In this document: piece by piece, positions 9,850-18,012 of the stretch
How the letters are laid out: the number at the start of each line of letters is the position of its first letter
Numbering within the stretch: the stretch's first letter is position 1
From: a virus
Virus record (IMG/VR): IMGVR_UViG_3300027863_001119
Coordinates: 69,381-133,380 of that record
Strand: one strand, 5' to 3'
Length of the DNA stretch: 64,000 bases
The notes under the pieces: model-generated
Databases searched by the model: none
What the model was told of the DNA's origin: nothing
The model's input: only the letters and a program-made list of their open reading frames with translations
Position numbers and translations under genes: made by a program

Positions 9850-10776
9850 ATGTCTAACTCAATAGAAGAATTAACAAAAACTTTACCAGATGTTCAAAAT
9901 TCTCAAGATCCTCGAGGCATAGGATTAGAAAGAGTAGGGCTTACTAATATAAAGTTTCCTATTATTATTTTAAGAAAAGATGGGTCTCAAGTTAATGCCT
10001 CTGCTAAAGTAAAATTATTTGCTTCTTTACCCGAAAGTGCTAAAGGACATAATTTGAGTAGATTTATGGAAGTTTTAGTGTTTTTTAAGGATAATCATTC
10101 TTCAATTTTAAACTTTCAAATTTTAGAAGATATATTAGTAGATATGCAAAGACGGTTAGGAAGTAAAGATGTTTATGCAAGATTTGAATTTGATTATTAC
10201 ATAAATAAAAAAGCTCCTGTTTCTAAAAAAATTGCTCCGATGTCTTATTTGTGTGCAATGACTGGTATAAAAAAGAATGGAAATACTTATTTTCTTTTAG
10301 AAGTTAATGTAGTTGCTGCATCTGTTTGTCCTTGTAGTAAAGAAATGAGTTTATTACAAAATGATTATATAATAAATGAAATTTCCGCGGAGTGTAAGTG
10401 TTCTAAAGATATAGAATTTTATAAAGATATAGGAAGATTTGTAGGTTTAGGAGCTCATAATCAACGTTCATTAATTAAAATAGAGATTCAAGTTGATAAA
10501 GATGATAGTTTATATATAGAAGATTTGATAAAATCTATAGAAGCTCAAGCTTCTGCTCCTACTTTTCCACTTTTAAAAAGAGCTGATGAAAGATGGGTTA
10601 CTGAGAAAGGTTATAAAAATCCTAAATTTTCTGAAGATATTGCAAGGGATTTACAAATTATGTTACAAAACAATCCAAAAGTGTTAGCGTGGTCTTTGAA
10701 AGTTGAGAATGAAGAATCAATACATCCTTTTAATGTACTTTCTTCTAGTAAATCAGTTAATTGGATATTTTATTAA
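9850..10776 (+). CDS. folE2: GTP cyclohydrolase IB
   Basis: LPDVQ, VG, KGHNLSRF, CPCSKE, AHNQRS, LLKRADE, NPKFSED, EESIH. Confidence 0.93.
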   Translation: MSNSIEELTKTLPDVQNSQDPRGIGLERVGLTNIKFPIIILRKDGSQVNASAKVKLFASLPESAKGHNLSRFMEVLVFFKDNHSSILNFQILEDILVDMQRRLGSKDVYARFEFDYYINKKAPVSKKIAPMSYLCAMTGIKKNGNTYFLLEVNVVAASVCPCSKEMSLLQNDYIINEISAECKCSKDIEFYKDIGRFVGLGAHNQRSLIKIEIQVDKDDSLYIEDLIKSIEAQASAPTFPLLKRADERWVTEKGYKNPKFSEDIARDLQIMLQNNPKVLAWSLKVENEESIHPFNVLSSSKSVNWIFY

Positions 10777-10878
10777 CAATTTAAAAAAAAATAAAAAAAA
10801 AATAAAAAAAAGATTTGGATTATTTCATTTTGTTTATTATATTTTAGTTAACATTTTTTTAAAAGTTAGGAGAAAAAA

Positions 10879-11520
10879 ATGGATATCCAATCATTACAAA
10901 AAATTATTGATGATATTACATATTCAATATGTTCCCCCATCACTTCTCTGGAAGAAAGATTTAAAATCTTCGAGGAACAAAAAATCCTTCCTTATTACAT
11001 AAGAGGAAAGAACAAAGGAAAGATAAGGGAATTTTATAATGTGGACGATAGGGGATTCGAAAAGCTGTGGGGGTTTATTTTCCCTTATATTTTTAAGTCT
11101 TGTATTAGAAGTAGAAGTTATAATGAAAGTATTGATGTTGAAGACCTTATAAGTGAAGTCAGATTTTCGACTTATAGGTCCTTACAGTATTACGGACCTA
11201 TGTACAATAATCAAACCTTTTCAAAGAGGTTGGGATTAATTGTTAATAATATCCTAACTAATGAACATAGGAGGATTAGCAAAAATAACGTTATTGAAAT
11301 ACAATATTACGATAGAGAAGAATTTGATATTATTTTGGACTCAAATCACGGATGTGAGAAAGAAGGAGACGATGTTGATTTTTGGTGTAGCGTGCCAAAT
11401 GATATAAGACCGTATGTTGAAAAGATTGTTTTTGAAGGGGTAGAGTGGGAGGAAGTAAAAAAAGAAATGGATGAGGAAAAAATAGAAATTTTAATTAAAT
11501 TTGTGAAGTCATTGAAATAA
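10879..11520 (+). CDS. Divergent sigma-factor-like protein (region 2-like)
   Basis: DVEDLISE....YRSLQYY.....FSKRLGLIVNNILTNEHRR resembles sigma region 2. Confidence 0.5.
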   Translation: MDIQSLQKIIDDITYSICSPITSLEERFKIFEEQKILPYYIRGKNKGKIREFYNVDDRGFEKLWGFIFPYIFKSCIRSRSYNESIDVEDLISEVRFSTYRSLQYYGPMYNNQTFSKRLGLIVNNILTNEHRRISKNNVIEIQYYDREEFDIILDSNHGCEKEGDDVDFWCSVPNDIRPYVEKIVFEGVEWEEVKKEMDEEKIEILIKFVKSLK

Positions 11521-11530
11521 TTAGTTGATT

Positions 11531-11541
11531 TTGTATTATAT
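11531..11541 (+). promoter_or_regulatory. Candidate phage promoter element TTGTATTATAT (copy 2), heading the modification operon
   Basis: Exact repeat of the 4254 element, 35 nt upstream of ATG 11577. Confidence 0.5.
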
Positions 11542-11576
11542 TTGTATATAAATAATAAGTAATAGGGTAAAAAAAA

Positions 11577-12434
11577 ATGAATCTTTTTAATTCTAGGAAT
11601 TTTTATAATTCTATTTCCAAATCCCGTAATGTTACTACTTCTTTAGTAGGGGATGAAAAAGAAATTATTCCACCAAATGAATGGGATTTGGGTCCGGATT
11701 CTCCTTTATTGCATCCAGTAAAAGAACATTTTTATCATCCACATCCTGAAAGGGCTTTTCAATTTGTTTTAGATAATTTTAAACCTCTTCACGATATAGT
11801 TCTTTTTACAAATTGTACTGCAAAAAAACCTTATTCTACGACTCATACTTATAAAAAGATAATTGGCGCTACTAAACCTTATGATGATATTTATGATTTA
11901 GTAACCATTTCTTCTATTGGAGTTATACCAACCCAATATGAAAAGTATTATCCTTTTGCTCATTATGCGTGGGATGATAATCATAGAACTCCAGAAGAAA
12001 TAAAAAAAGTTTTTTATCAAGTAATCGGGGATAGAGTAAAAAAGTTTTTAGAAAAGTTTGATTATAAGTATGTAATCGGAGTATTTAGAGTTACGAGTAA
12101 AGGTAAAAAAGCTCTTAAGTATGCTTGTGATCAGTTGAATAAGCCTTTAATAGAAATACCAAGTGAGATTACTTTTGAGAAAATTAAGGATAATTTAATG
12201 AAAATGAATGTTTTTCAATTACTTAATAGTGAAACTTTAGGGGAATTAAATGATGTTTTATCTAAGTTAAGTAAAGGAGTTCATGTAGATGCAAGAAAAT
12301 CTTGGACACCAGAACAAGTAAAGGATGCTATAAGAAAAAGACAAAAAGAAATAAAAGAATTGAAGAAACAACTTATGGCAGAGGGAAAAACTAAGGAAGA
12401 AATTTATGAAATGTTATATGGAGGGAATAAATAA
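11577..12434 (+). CDS. Archaeosine synthase ArcS-like (DUF5591) protein without a PUA domain
   Basis: FTNCTAKKPYS..TH and SSIGVIPTQYEKYYPFAHY match the ArcS core motifs PCSxxKPYSxSxSH and SPLGVVPxELExxYPxAHY. Confidence 0.8.
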   Translation: MNLFNSRNFYNSISKSRNVTTSLVGDEKEIIPPNEWDLGPDSPLLHPVKEHFYHPHPERAFQFVLDNFKPLHDIVLFTNCTAKKPYSTTHTYKKIIGATKPYDDIYDLVTISSIGVIPTQYEKYYPFAHYAWDDNHRTPEEIKKVFYQVIGDRVKKFLEKFDYKYVIGVFRVTSKGKKALKYACDQLNKPLIEIPSEITFEKIKDNLMKMNVFQLLNSETLGELNDVLSKLSKGVHVDARKSWTPEQVKDAIRKRQKEIKELKKQLMAEGKTKEEIYEMLYGGNK

Positions 12435-13561
12435 TGGAAATAACAAGTAGTTATATATATGATTTTGATATTGTTTTTAAGAAATATAAAGAACCTGGAG
12501 TATTATTAGATATTAATAACAAAGAATACTTTGACGCACATTCTTTTTCATGTTCTACTTCTTTGTGGATCCCTACTTTATCTAAAGTAATAGGAGAACA
12601 GTATAATGCACTTCCAACTGCTTATGAGTTTAATAGTGAATTGAGAAAGATGCTGACCTCAAAGTTAGAGGATCTTGTATCGAATAATTATTTTATATCT
12701 TATACCGCGAGTGGTACCGATTCTGTTATTAGTGCTATTCATTTTGCAAAGTTATATACTCAAAAAAAATATGTAATAATGTTTGATGGTCAATACCATG
12801 GAAAATTTGGTTCTCTTTCAGGAAGAAGAGAAGTTATTTTGCAACACACTTTTTATGATTCAAGTATAATATTATATGATTCTATTCACAACAAAGATTT
12901 TTCTTTTGAAAATTTTGAACATTTTTTAAGTCTTTTTCGAGGGGATGTTGCTGCTATTATTGTAGAACCTTGTGCGATTGCAAATTCAGGAGGAGTTTTC
13001 TTAAAGCAAGATGTTTTTAAGAAGTTGTTTGATGTTGCTAAATCTATGGATATATTATTAATTGTAGATGAAGTACAATCAGGATTTTGGAGAACGGGAA
13101 ATGTTTTTTCATATCAAGGATATTTTGGAATAGATCCTGACGTTATTGTTTTTGGAAAAAGTATAGGAGGAGGTCTTCCTCTTTATGGAGTTTTTTATAA
13201 ATCTAATTTATTTGATAATTTCTCTTTGAAAAGAGGATTTTATAGTAGTACTTTTGCATTTAATTTGATTGCAGCGCGTGCTGCTCTTCATATATTAGAA
13301 AACATATCATCTTATAAAAGTATTTATGATTATATAGAATGTAAAGGTAAAATATTTGATGAATTTTTTTCTGATATGAAAGATTATAACAGAAAAGGAA
13401 TGTTAATTTCTTTTTATTTAGACAGACTTAGCACTAAAGAGTTTTTAGAAAAAGGTGTATTATTAAGAAAAATTAAAAATAGAATATTATTAACTCCTCC
13501 TTTATTTACTTCTTTTGATGTTATAAAAGAGATGTGTAATAGAATTAAGGAAATAATATGA
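12434..13561 (+). CDS. Class III PLP-dependent aminotransferase
   Basis: SGTDSV, YHG, AIIVEP, LIVDEVQSGFWRTG, PDVIVFGKSIGGGLP (PLP Lys), STF. TAATG overlap with the ArcS-like gene. Confidence 0.92.
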   Translation: MEITSSYIYDFDIVFKKYKEPGVLLDINNKEYFDAHSFSCSTSLWIPTLSKVIGEQYNALPTAYEFNSELRKMLTSKLEDLVSNNYFISYTASGTDSVISAIHFAKLYTQKKYVIMFDGQYHGKFGSLSGRREVILQHTFYDSSIILYDSIHNKDFSFENFEHFLSLFRGDVAAIIVEPCAIANSGGVFLKQDVFKKLFDVAKSMDILLIVDEVQSGFWRTGNVFSYQGYFGIDPDVIVFGKSIGGGLPLYGVFYKSNLFDNFSLKRGFYSSTFAFNLIAARAALHILENISSYKSIYDYIECKGKIFDEFFSDMKDYNRKGMLISFYLDRLSTKEFLEKGVLLRKIKNRILLTPPLFTSFDVIKEMCNRIKEII

Positions 13562-14127
13562 AAGACTATCATTTTCATTATGATCCACGCTATCATAATC
13601 AATATGATTATTATATTAATAATGTAATAACAGACGGCATTATGGTGATACATAAAAATCAAATGAGGTTAAATGATTTTGTAAGAGGATTAGAAGAATT
13701 TAGAGGTAAGATTAATATAGGGATAGAGTTAAGCTCAAATTCAAATTATAATAAAATGGAACGGGATATTAAAGAATTAGAAGAGAAAAATTATAAAATA
13801 ATTTTATCTTTACATACTTATAAAGATTCTTTACATTATTTAGAAGTATTAAAGAGTATCTATCCATTACTTACAAGAGTACATCATTTAGGTCATCCTT
13901 TTCATAAAGAGACAATACCTCTTTCTGATTTTGTGATTGAAGACTTTATTTCATTTTGTTTAGCACAAAATGTTTTAGTTGAATTGAATGAAAGATATTT
14001 AAGAAAACATTTGGTTAATTTTTATAAAGAAGTTAAAGAAAGATTAAACTTTTTGTATTCTACAGATGCACATATTCCAAACAAAATAGGTGTGTATAAC
14101 AAAATGAAGCAATATTTTCTTTTATAA
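13558..14127 (+). CDS. PHP-family phosphoesterase (HisK/YcdX-like)
   Basis: DYHFH, GIE, SLH, GHP, ELN, STDAH. ATGA overlap with the aminotransferase. Confidence 0.8.
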   Translation: MKDYHFHYDPRYHNQYDYYINNVITDGIMVIHKNQMRLNDFVRGLEEFRGKINIGIELSSNSNYNKMERDIKELEEKNYKIILSLHTYKDSLHYLEVLKSIYPLLTRVHHLGHPFHKETIPLSDFVIEDFISFCLAQNVLVELNERYLRKHLVNFYKEVKERLNFLYSTDAHIPNKIGVYNKMKQYFLL

Positions 14128-14166
14128 TTGTATTTTATTTATAGAAAAAATGAAAAGGGGATAAAT

Positions 14167-14748
14167 ATGTTTAATCAAAAATTGTTAGTATTATTTACTG
14201 GTACTAATAGTACTGGAAAAACAACTCTTTTAAAAAAAGTGAAGAAAGAGTTAGATTCTATGAGAATTTCTACGTTTGTAATTAGTGAGTTTGTAAGAGA
14301 TCTTATTAGAAAAAAAGTCATTGATGATAAAATTGATGTAGAAAGTAATGAGTATAATCAAATTGTAATTACTTCTCAATTAATGAATTTGTTTTGGAAA
14401 GGAATTAATAGTGAAAGTTGTGTTGTATTATCAGAAAGAACTCCTATTTGTACAACAGCTTATACATTATCAATTAAGAGTTCTTCTTTTTTAAAGTCTT
14501 TAAATATTGAGTTTATTAAAAATTTGTTTAATACACCAGGAATAAAAATACTTTTGTTTTATTTCCCTCCGATTATTCCTTATGTACAAGATGATATAAG
14601 AAAAGAAAAAGGAAGACTTTTAGTGGATAAAAAAATAAGAAAGATACTAAAAGATTTTAATATTCCTTTTATAGAAGTAAAAACAACGGATATAAAGGAA
14701 AGAGTTAATTTAATAATTAGTCATATTAAAGAAAATCAAGTTCAATAA
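14167..14748 (+). CDS. P-loop nucleotide/nucleoside kinase (AAA_28/NadR/dNMP-kinase-like)
   Basis: FTGTNSTGKTT, SEFVR, SERTPIC, DDIR. ATG 14167 follows a purine-rich RBS (ORF track starts at 14128). Confidence 0.75.
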   Translation: MFNQKLLVLFTGTNSTGKTTLLKKVKKELDSMRISTFVISEFVRDLIRKKVIDDKIDVESNEYNQIVITSQLMNLFWKGINSESCVVLSERTPICTTAYTLSIKSSSFLKSLNIEFIKNLFNTPGIKILLFYFPPIIPYVQDDIRKEKGRLLVDKKIRKILKDFNIPFIEVKTTDIKERVNLIISHIKENQVQ

Positions 14749-14767
14749 TTATTTTTTCTCCTAACTT

Positions 14768-14798
14768 AATAAGAGGAGGACAATGTCTTCCTCTTATT
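14768..14798 (+). promoter_or_regulatory. Inverted repeat/hairpin upstream of queC
   Basis: AATAAGAGGAGGACA-A-TGTCTTCCTCTTATT: 15-nt arms with one G-U pair. Confidence 0.6.
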
Positions 14799-14826
14799 GT
14801 AATAAATTAATAAAAGGGAGGTTTTT

Positions 14827-15543
14827 ATGAAAAAAGCGGTTGTAATACTTAGCGGAGGGTTAGATTCTAGTACGTGTCTATTTATTGCAAAAAAAGAAGG
14901 ACACGAATTATATGCTCTAACCTTTTTATATGGGCAAAGACATTCTAAGGAAATTGAATGTGCTAAGAGGGTGGCAGAAATTGCAGGAGTAAAAGAACAT
15001 CGAATAATAAACTTACCAACTCCAAAAGGAAGTGCATTAACTGATAGTATTGAAGTTCCACAAGGAAGATCGCTAGAAGAAATTTGTAAAGAAATTCCAG
15101 TTACTTATGTTCCCGCTAGAAATACATTATTTATTGCTTATGCATTACAATATGCAGAAGAAATAGACGCGGATGCTATATTTACTGGAGTTACTGCAGT
15201 AGATGCAAGCGGATATCCAGATACTCGACCAGAGTATATACAAGCGTGGCAAAATTTAATAAATAATGCTACTAAAAAAACTACAACTGGAGGAACTATA
15301 AAATTAAGAACTCCTTTACTTCACTTATATAAGTCTGAAATTATTGAGATAGGAAATATTTTGAAAGTGCCTTATGAATATACTTGGAGCTGTTATAAAG
15401 GAGAAGAAGAACCATGCTTAGAATGTGATACTTGTAAGTTGAGAATAAAAGGGTTTATAGAAGCAGGTGTAAGAGATCCATTAGTTAATGAAGATAAATG
15501 GAAAGAAGTTTTAGAAAAATGGGAGCAAAACAAAAGTATTTAA
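14827..15543 (+). CDS. queC: 7-cyano-7-deazaguanine synthase
   Basis: SGGLDS, YGQRH, TYVPARN, GYPD, TWSCY, CLECDTC. Confidence 0.97.
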   Translation: MKKAVVILSGGLDSSTCLFIAKKEGHELYALTFLYGQRHSKEIECAKRVAEIAGVKEHRIINLPTPKGSALTDSIEVPQGRSLEEICKEIPVTYVPARNTLFIAYALQYAEEIDADAIFTGVTAVDASGYPDTRPEYIQAWQNLINNATKKTTTGGTIKLRTPLLHLYKSEIIEIGNILKVPYEYTWSCYKGEEEPCLECDTCKLRIKGFIEAGVRDPLVNEDKWKEVLEKWEQNKSI

Positions 15544-15591
15544 AATAGGAATGATTTTTTAATAAAAGAAGTTGTTTAACAAAAAAAAAGT

Positions 15592-16203
15592 GTGAGAGTA
15601 ATGGTAATAAAAATTAAAAGTGATTATGTTGACTATTTAAAAACTGCTACGGAAAAAGATTTTGCTATTGTGGATCCTCCTTGGGATTATAAAGATAAAG
15701 AAAATCCTGCTATTTCTAATAATCTCACTTATTCAAGATGGGATAATGTTCAAGGGTTAAATACCTTATTTAGTCTTTTAAATACAAAATATTTATTTTT
15801 GTGGTGTACTAATTCAATGATAGAAGAAGTTTTTAAGACAAATTTTAATAACTATGTTTATAAAACTATTATAACTTGGGTAAAAGAAACTCCTCATAAA
15901 AAATTACATTATGGATTAGGCAATACATATAGAAATTGTACTGAACAATTATTAGTTTTTTCTAATAAGAAAGAAAAACCTCTTCGTTCATCTCTTAGAA
16001 ATTGTTATATAGATATAGGGTGGTTTAAAGAAGTATCTTTGTCAAGGACACAGAAACCAAAGGATTTTGAAGTATGTTTAATTAAAGATTTAGTTACTAA
16101 AGGATTAAAACAAGGTGTTTATCTTTTTTCTGGTCCTAATGTAGATGTATTTAACAGTATTGAAAATTTAGAATTGGAGTGTGTAGATATATGTGTGGAA
16201 TAA
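15592..16203 (+). CDS. MT-A70-family amino-methyltransferase (probably N6-adenine)
   Basis: VDPPW, LFLWCTN, ITWVK, GLGNTYRNCTEQLL, KP. Confidence 0.85.
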   Translation: MRVMVIKIKSDYVDYLKTATEKDFAIVDPPWDYKDKENPAISNNLTYSRWDNVQGLNTLFSLLNTKYLFLWCTNSMIEEVFKTNFNNYVYKTIITWVKETPHKKLHYGLGNTYRNCTEQLLVFSNKKEKPLRSSLRNCYIDIGWFKEVSLSRTQKPKDFEVCLIKDLVTKGLKQGVYLFSGPNVDVFNSIENLELECVDICVE

Positions 16204-16853
16204 CAGGATGTATAGTTAATAATAATCCTTCTTTTGCTACAGAAGTTTATTTTAAATTACTTAAAGCTTCAGATATCAGAGGTCAAGATGGAACTGGATT
16301 GACCTTGCTTAGAAATAAAAAGTTTTATACTTATAAGTGGCCTATACGAGCAAGGGATATATCTTTTGATTTGGCTTTAGAGAAAGGAGATAAAATTATT
16401 GGTCAAAATCGTTATGCAATTTTCGGTCTTGATTTTTCTAATAATCAACCTATAACATTTGATAATCTTTCTTTAGTACATAATGGGGTTTTGTATAATT
16501 ATGAGAAGCAAAAGAAATTATTCGAAGAAAAATATAATATTTATCAAGATACACAGGTTGATACTGAATTGATTGTAAGACTTTTACATTTGTTTTTATC
16601 TCAAAAGATAAAACAAAAAGACGCTATCAAGGATGTTCTTTCTGTTATTGACGGAGAAGCCGCTTGTATTTGTTTAGATTGCTTTAATTCTTCTTTATAT
16701 GCATTTATGAAAAACAAGATATTGTATAGAGGGGAAGACGAGTATGGAAATGTTTATTTTTTTTCTACTTTGTATATTAAAAATAAAGTTTCAGAAATTT
16801 CTAAAAATATTATAGAATTTAAAGATTGCGAGGTGTTTGTATGGAACAATTAA
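16191..16853 (+). CDS. Class II (Ntn) glutamine amidotransferase, stand-alone
   Basis: MCGITG with N-terminal Cys at ATG 16191, RGQDGTG, NRYA, NQP, HNG, DTE. Confidence 0.88.
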   Translation: MCGITGCIVNNNPSFATEVYFKLLKASDIRGQDGTGLTLLRNKKFYTYKWPIRARDISFDLALEKGDKIIGQNRYAIFGLDFSNNQPITFDNLSLVHNGVLYNYEKQKKLFEEKYNIYQDTQVDTELIVRLLHLFLSQKIKQKDAIKDVLSVIDGEAACICLDCFNSSLYAFMKNKILYRGEDEYGNVYFFSTLYIKNKVSEISKNIIEFKDCEVFVWNN

Positions 16854-17176
16854 TTATTATATTAATTCTCTTTTTATTTATGACTTTCCTATTGAATTCT
16901 CAACGTTGGTATAATTCTTATCTAAAAGAAAAGGATAAAAAAAGAAAGGATCTTGAAATATATGTTATGAATTTAAAAGAAAGACAAATGTTTGAGATGG
17001 AAAAACAAGGATTTGTTACGTTTGTAAGATTTTTGTTTTTACTTTCTCTTTTCCCTTCTTTTATAAAAAATTTAGTACGATCTTTAATAATAGAAATAAA
17101 ATTTGTTAAAAATTCTATGGATATAGAAAGTAATAAACTATCTAAGTATTTAGAATCTTTAAAGAGAGATAATTAA
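16826..17176 (+). CDS. Small membrane protein
   Basis: Hydrophobic LIIILILFLFMTFLL and a second hydrophobic stretch. Confidence 0.6.
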   Translation: MRGVCMEQLIIILILFLFMTFLLNSQRWYNSYLKEKDKKRKDLEIYVMNLKERQMFEMEKQGFVTFVRFLFLLSLFPSFIKNLVRSLIIEIKFVKNSMDIESNKLSKYLESLKRDN

Positions 17177-17191
17177 ACTACAGGAGGAAAA

Positions 17192-18007
17192 ATGCAGCAT
17201 TGTATTATTTGTCCAACTTCTTATTTAGAAGATTTTGCAACAAAATCTAAGTACCATCTTATTTTACCACATGTGTTACAGTCGGATTCAAAATATTATG
17301 AATTTTATAGAAAGCGTATACGTGAAAAAGATTTTGTCATTTTAGATAATTCTATTTTTGAATTAGGAACAAGTTTTGATGCAAATGCTTTATTGGATAT
17401 TGCAGAAGATTTACAAGTTTCTGTAGTAGTTGCCCCAGAAGCATGGGAAGACGCAGCAGAAACGAAAAAGATGGTGTTAGACTTTATTGAATTACATTCA
17501 TCTAGAAATTGTAATATTCCAATATTAGCAATGGCTCAAGGAAAAAATGTAGATGAAATTATAGGGTCTTTTTTCTTTTGGAACAACCATTCTAAAATAT
17601 CTTATATTGGACTTCCTTTTTCTCTTGATTTTGAGATTGAAGGAGTATCTGATAATATAAAGAGTCAAACTTTAAAAAGAGTTTTAAACAGGTGGTATTT
17701 AGTAGATCGTATAAATAGATATATAAGAGCATCTTCACAAAAGATTGTTAAACCAACACATTTAATGGGACTAAGCGATGCTGTAGAGTTACAAAGATAT
17801 AAAGGAGATTCTTATTATTGGATTCATTCTAATGATTCTTCTTCTGCATATATTCATGGTAAGCATTGTATTAAGTATACTGATAGAGGTCTTCCTTGCG
17901 AAAAGATTTTAGAAAAAGTAAACTTTTCTGATTCTACTGTTTTAAACACAGAACAATATAATTGTATAGTTTATAATATTGAAAAAATTTTAAGTTGGGT
18001 TAAATAA
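17192..18007 (+). CDS. dpdA: Divergent TGT-fold deazaguanine transglycosylase (DpdA-like)
   Basis: VILDNSIFELG (TGT DSG-equivalent), MAQG, HLMG, SNDSSS, plus its location in the que cluster. Confidence 0.7.
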   Translation: MQHCIICPTSYLEDFATKSKYHLILPHVLQSDSKYYEFYRKRIREKDFVILDNSIFELGTSFDANALLDIAEDLQVSVVVAPEAWEDAAETKKMVLDFIELHSSRNCNIPILAMAQGKNVDEIIGSFFFWNNHSKISYIGLPFSLDFEIEGVSDNIKSQTLKRVLNRWYLVDRINRYIRASSQKIVKPTHLMGLSDAVELQRYKGDSYYWIHSNDSSSAYIHGKHCIKYTDRGLPCEKILEKVNFSDSTVLNTEQYNCIVYNIEKILSWVK

Positions 18008-18012
18008 AAGTT

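Noticed and set aside
10703-11002. 99-aa + strand ORF
   Set aside because: Overlaps folE2 and the sigma-like gene in another frame and is built from poly-A intergenic sequence.
14768-14826. preQ1-I riboswitch upstream of queC
   Set aside because: The AGAGG/CCTCT stem and A-rich tail are superficially similar, but the would-be loop is fully paired and lacks the conserved ligand-binding loop.
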